A stretch of 64,000 nucleotides of DNA. Source: Laetmonice hystrix (taxonomy: Eukaryota). Of this stretch, positions 60,951 through 64,000 are shown one piece after another (the first letter of the stretch is position 1; each line of letters opens with the position of its first letter). The translations under genes were made by a program, and so were the position numbers. The notes under the pieces were generated by a model. That model was not told where the DNA came from and did no database searches. It saw nothing but the letters and a program-made list of their open reading frames with translations. The stretch spans positions 19,470,001-19,534,000 of the forward strand of contig OZ249436.1 of the NCBI GenBank assembly GCA_965235115.1, written 5' to 3'.

Positions 60951-62850
60951 ATCGAGAGCGAGGGGGGGGGGTGTAACCTTTATTTTAAAAGATCCATACG
61001 ATTATTAGCATCGGAAAGACGTCAGAGCTACGCTTAGAATGGGCGCATTGGATGATCCATAATCACACAGATAGATAATATCATGGATTGTTAAATCATT
61101 GCGTCGTGTTTACTGATTACAAAAATCTCAAGGGCGGGTCGATATGGCTCTCATACATCACTTCACGCACTCATATAATATAACTGAGAAGTCATTGATT
61201 AACACTGATCAGAGCGTACACTTATCGTATATCATATGACTATATCCGGCTAAATATGTAAACCATTTTGTTTTGTCTGGCAACTTGCGATGTTGTTACA
61301 TCGATGGCCGTCAGTAAACAAACCAATTATAGAAAGACTCATGACTCCATCCCCCGCACCAATTCCACGTCCCTGCTGCCTGTGTTCCCGCCAGGATGTC
61401 ACCCCCCCTCCTCATCAGCCCCCCTCCCCCTGTGGCCGTCACCCTCCCAACTTTCACTCGCTACCCGCCAGTGTCTGGTAAAATTCCACGCAGCACGCCC
61501 CGCCCCGCACTGATGACGTCCGACTCGTTGTCCGCTCTCACTGGTAGAGGGCGCCTCCGTCGGTACGCAGCGTGCTACCACAGCGGCCAGCGTAAGTAGA
61601 TGGCGAGAGACGTCGGCTGTGATTGGTCGGGGACCTGATGGATGGACTGTGACGGCAATAGAGGGGAGGGTAGTTTATGTGGTCATGTGGATGTGAGTGA
61701 GGGGTAGGGAGGGGGTGCAGGGCTGGCGGTGGGTGTTGGCTTGACTCCTACGGATTTGAAGGTCGTACAAGCAGCAGGGAGCGGAGTGGTCAAGCGGATG
61801 GCGACGCCGAGTCAGTGGTATAGCGTCCAAGGGGAACGTTCAACTCGAGCACCGAACTGATAAATAATTCACATTTACCAAACATATCACTCCCACCTTG
61901 TCGGTGGAAACATAATGTGCTCCCTCCGCCAGTTTGTCATGGCTGAGGTTTTGCTCAGTGCCTGCTCACAGCCAGTGCCGCTGTCAATCATGAATGAAAA
62001 CAAGGACCTTGTTAGCAGGCACAGCCACGCGGTTGTCGCTAAATCCGGCCCCAAATATCGATCCACGTTTTCGGTGTTTAAAATAGACGCCACCAGCCTC
62101 CTACAACGCTGAGTGACACAACCATGGACGGTACTATGTATACATGCCGTACTTAAACGTTGGAGATAACAGTTTACTGATTGTTTAAATTAATATCAAT
62201 CTCGACTCAGATGCGGGTAAACAATGGTGGAAGTGCATAATTATATTCTGAGAACTTTGTAATTATATCAGATGAGTGCGACATTTTAGACTCGCACACT
62301 TTATGGAGTTATGTGTCGTGATATCAAAACACGCACAAAATGTTTTTTAAAAGCCTTCAGGGAATGATTTCCAAATGCTGTATCAATAATTGCCAAGAGT
62401 TTCCCATGTCATTGAATATGAGTCGAGGGGTTCCAATTTAATTTCAGAGTGTCGGCTTATGAATTAATACCTTTCTGCCAGTAGACGAAACCTACCAAAA
62501 ACGTTTACCTCCACCGTTGGGTTGTAATACTGAAATAAATCCATTTAATCGGTGTGCCCCTAGTGAGACTCTACCACTGTGTACTCGGTCCATGTCTAGG
62601 TTTAACGAAATCAATCGATCTGCCCCATTATCACCGCTCTCCACGTCAAACTGTTATAACTCAGCTTTCACTTATTTAGACATAGTATTTCTTTCAAATA
62701 TTCCTTATATTTGGCAAATGTAATGAGTGGAGCCTTGTCACAGCCGTCTTCAGACACACACACAAAGACAGTAATCATATCAATGTTCTCTCAGACCCTC
62801 AACTCGCAGTCAGTTAACATCAGGTCTGTGTCTGTACCGTCTCCGGCGGT

Positions 62851-63484
62851 CGGTCTCCGCTCATCATTCCCAAACTATGAATACATTACTAAACCTGCAA
62901 GGATCCATATAGGTGGTCCATAACACCCGAATAGCCTGACTCAGTCTCTGCTCATCATTCCCAAACTATGAATACATTACTAAACCTGCAAGGATCCATA
63001 TAGGTGGTCCATAACACCCGAATAGTCTGACTCGGTCTCCGCTCATCATTCCCAAACTATGAATACATTACTAAACCTGCAAGGATCCATATAGGTGGTC
63101 CATAATACCCGAATAGCCTGACTCAGTCTCCGCTTATCATTCCCAAACTATGAATACATTACTAAACCTGCAAGGGTCCATATAGGTGGTCCATAACACC
63201 CGAATAGCCTGACTCAGTCTCCGCTCATCATTCCCAAACTATGAATACATTACTAAACCTGCAAGGATCCATATAGGTGGTCCATAACACCCGAATAGTC
63301 TGACTCGGTCTCCGCTCATCATTCCCAAACTATAAATACATTACTAAACCTGCAAGGATCCATATAGGTGGTCCATAACACCCGAATAGTCTGACTCGGT
63401 CTCCGCTCATCATTCCCAAACTATGAATAGCCTACATTACTAAACCTGCAAGGATCCATATAGGTGGTCCATAACACCCGAATA
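62851..63484. repeat. 91-bp tandem array, ~7 copies
   Basis: Unit ctccgctcatcattcccaaactatgaatacattactaaacctgcaaggatccatataggtggtccataacacccgaatag(c/t)ctgactc(a/g)gt. Confidence 0.95.
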
Positions 63485-64000
63485 TTCTGACACAGTTACT
63501 GACCTTTTGATGAATAACGGCAAAGGGCGTTGGAAGATGGAACCATGTAGAGTCTGTTAAGGTAATTTTGGTAAATATGAACATAATCAAATGAGCACAT
63601 CTTTTTCGAGTAATGTTTGAGCAATATCTTATTGCGTACATTTCGGCATGCTATCGTTTTCGTTGAATATAAAGGCTCCTCGACAGTATGACGGAAAGTT
63701 GTTTCTCTAAACTTATTAAACAGAATCAGTATAGAAATTTTTGTAAGACGTTAACTGGATCTCATTATTCAGGAGGTCAATATTAAAACGCCGTTTTATT
63801 TTCTGTAAGTTTATAGATTGCAGCCAGTATCTATCGGCGTGTCTCTATGCACGAGATGAGGTCAGACATCAAATGCTGATTACCAAATTAGCGGATCCAA
63901 TAATCATTAGATTGACCTGAAGGACAGAAAACTCCCGCAGGCCAGTCGGCGTCATGTCTGTATCCGACCGCTGGGGGGCGCTGATATAGATCGACCAACA

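Overview
Eukaryotic (animal, probably invertebrate) genomic DNA, gene-poor and very rich in tandem repeats. The only gene I can identify securely is a high-affinity choline transporter (SLC5A7/CHT1 family) on the minus strand. Six GT-AG exons between 241 and 5486 join in frame into about 286 codons, and the gene continues off the left edge. By my hand tally, roughly a third of the window is about 30 unrelated, locally amplified tandem arrays. There is also a 2.8-kb non-autonomous DNA transposon (about 500-bp TIRs, TAG...CTA ends, AAA TSD; Academ-like) and two small MITEs. The main observation is that three CHT1 splice junctions have themselves been tandemly amplified: the first coding exon acceptor plus ATG, the exon 5 acceptor (x10) and the exon 5 donor (x3). 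In each case the copy next to the real site is in frame and stop-free. Similar junction-straddling arrays further along point to possible hidden exons. Long ORFs in the ORF track are repeat artefacts. All coordinates and copy numbers were read by eye; no searches were run.
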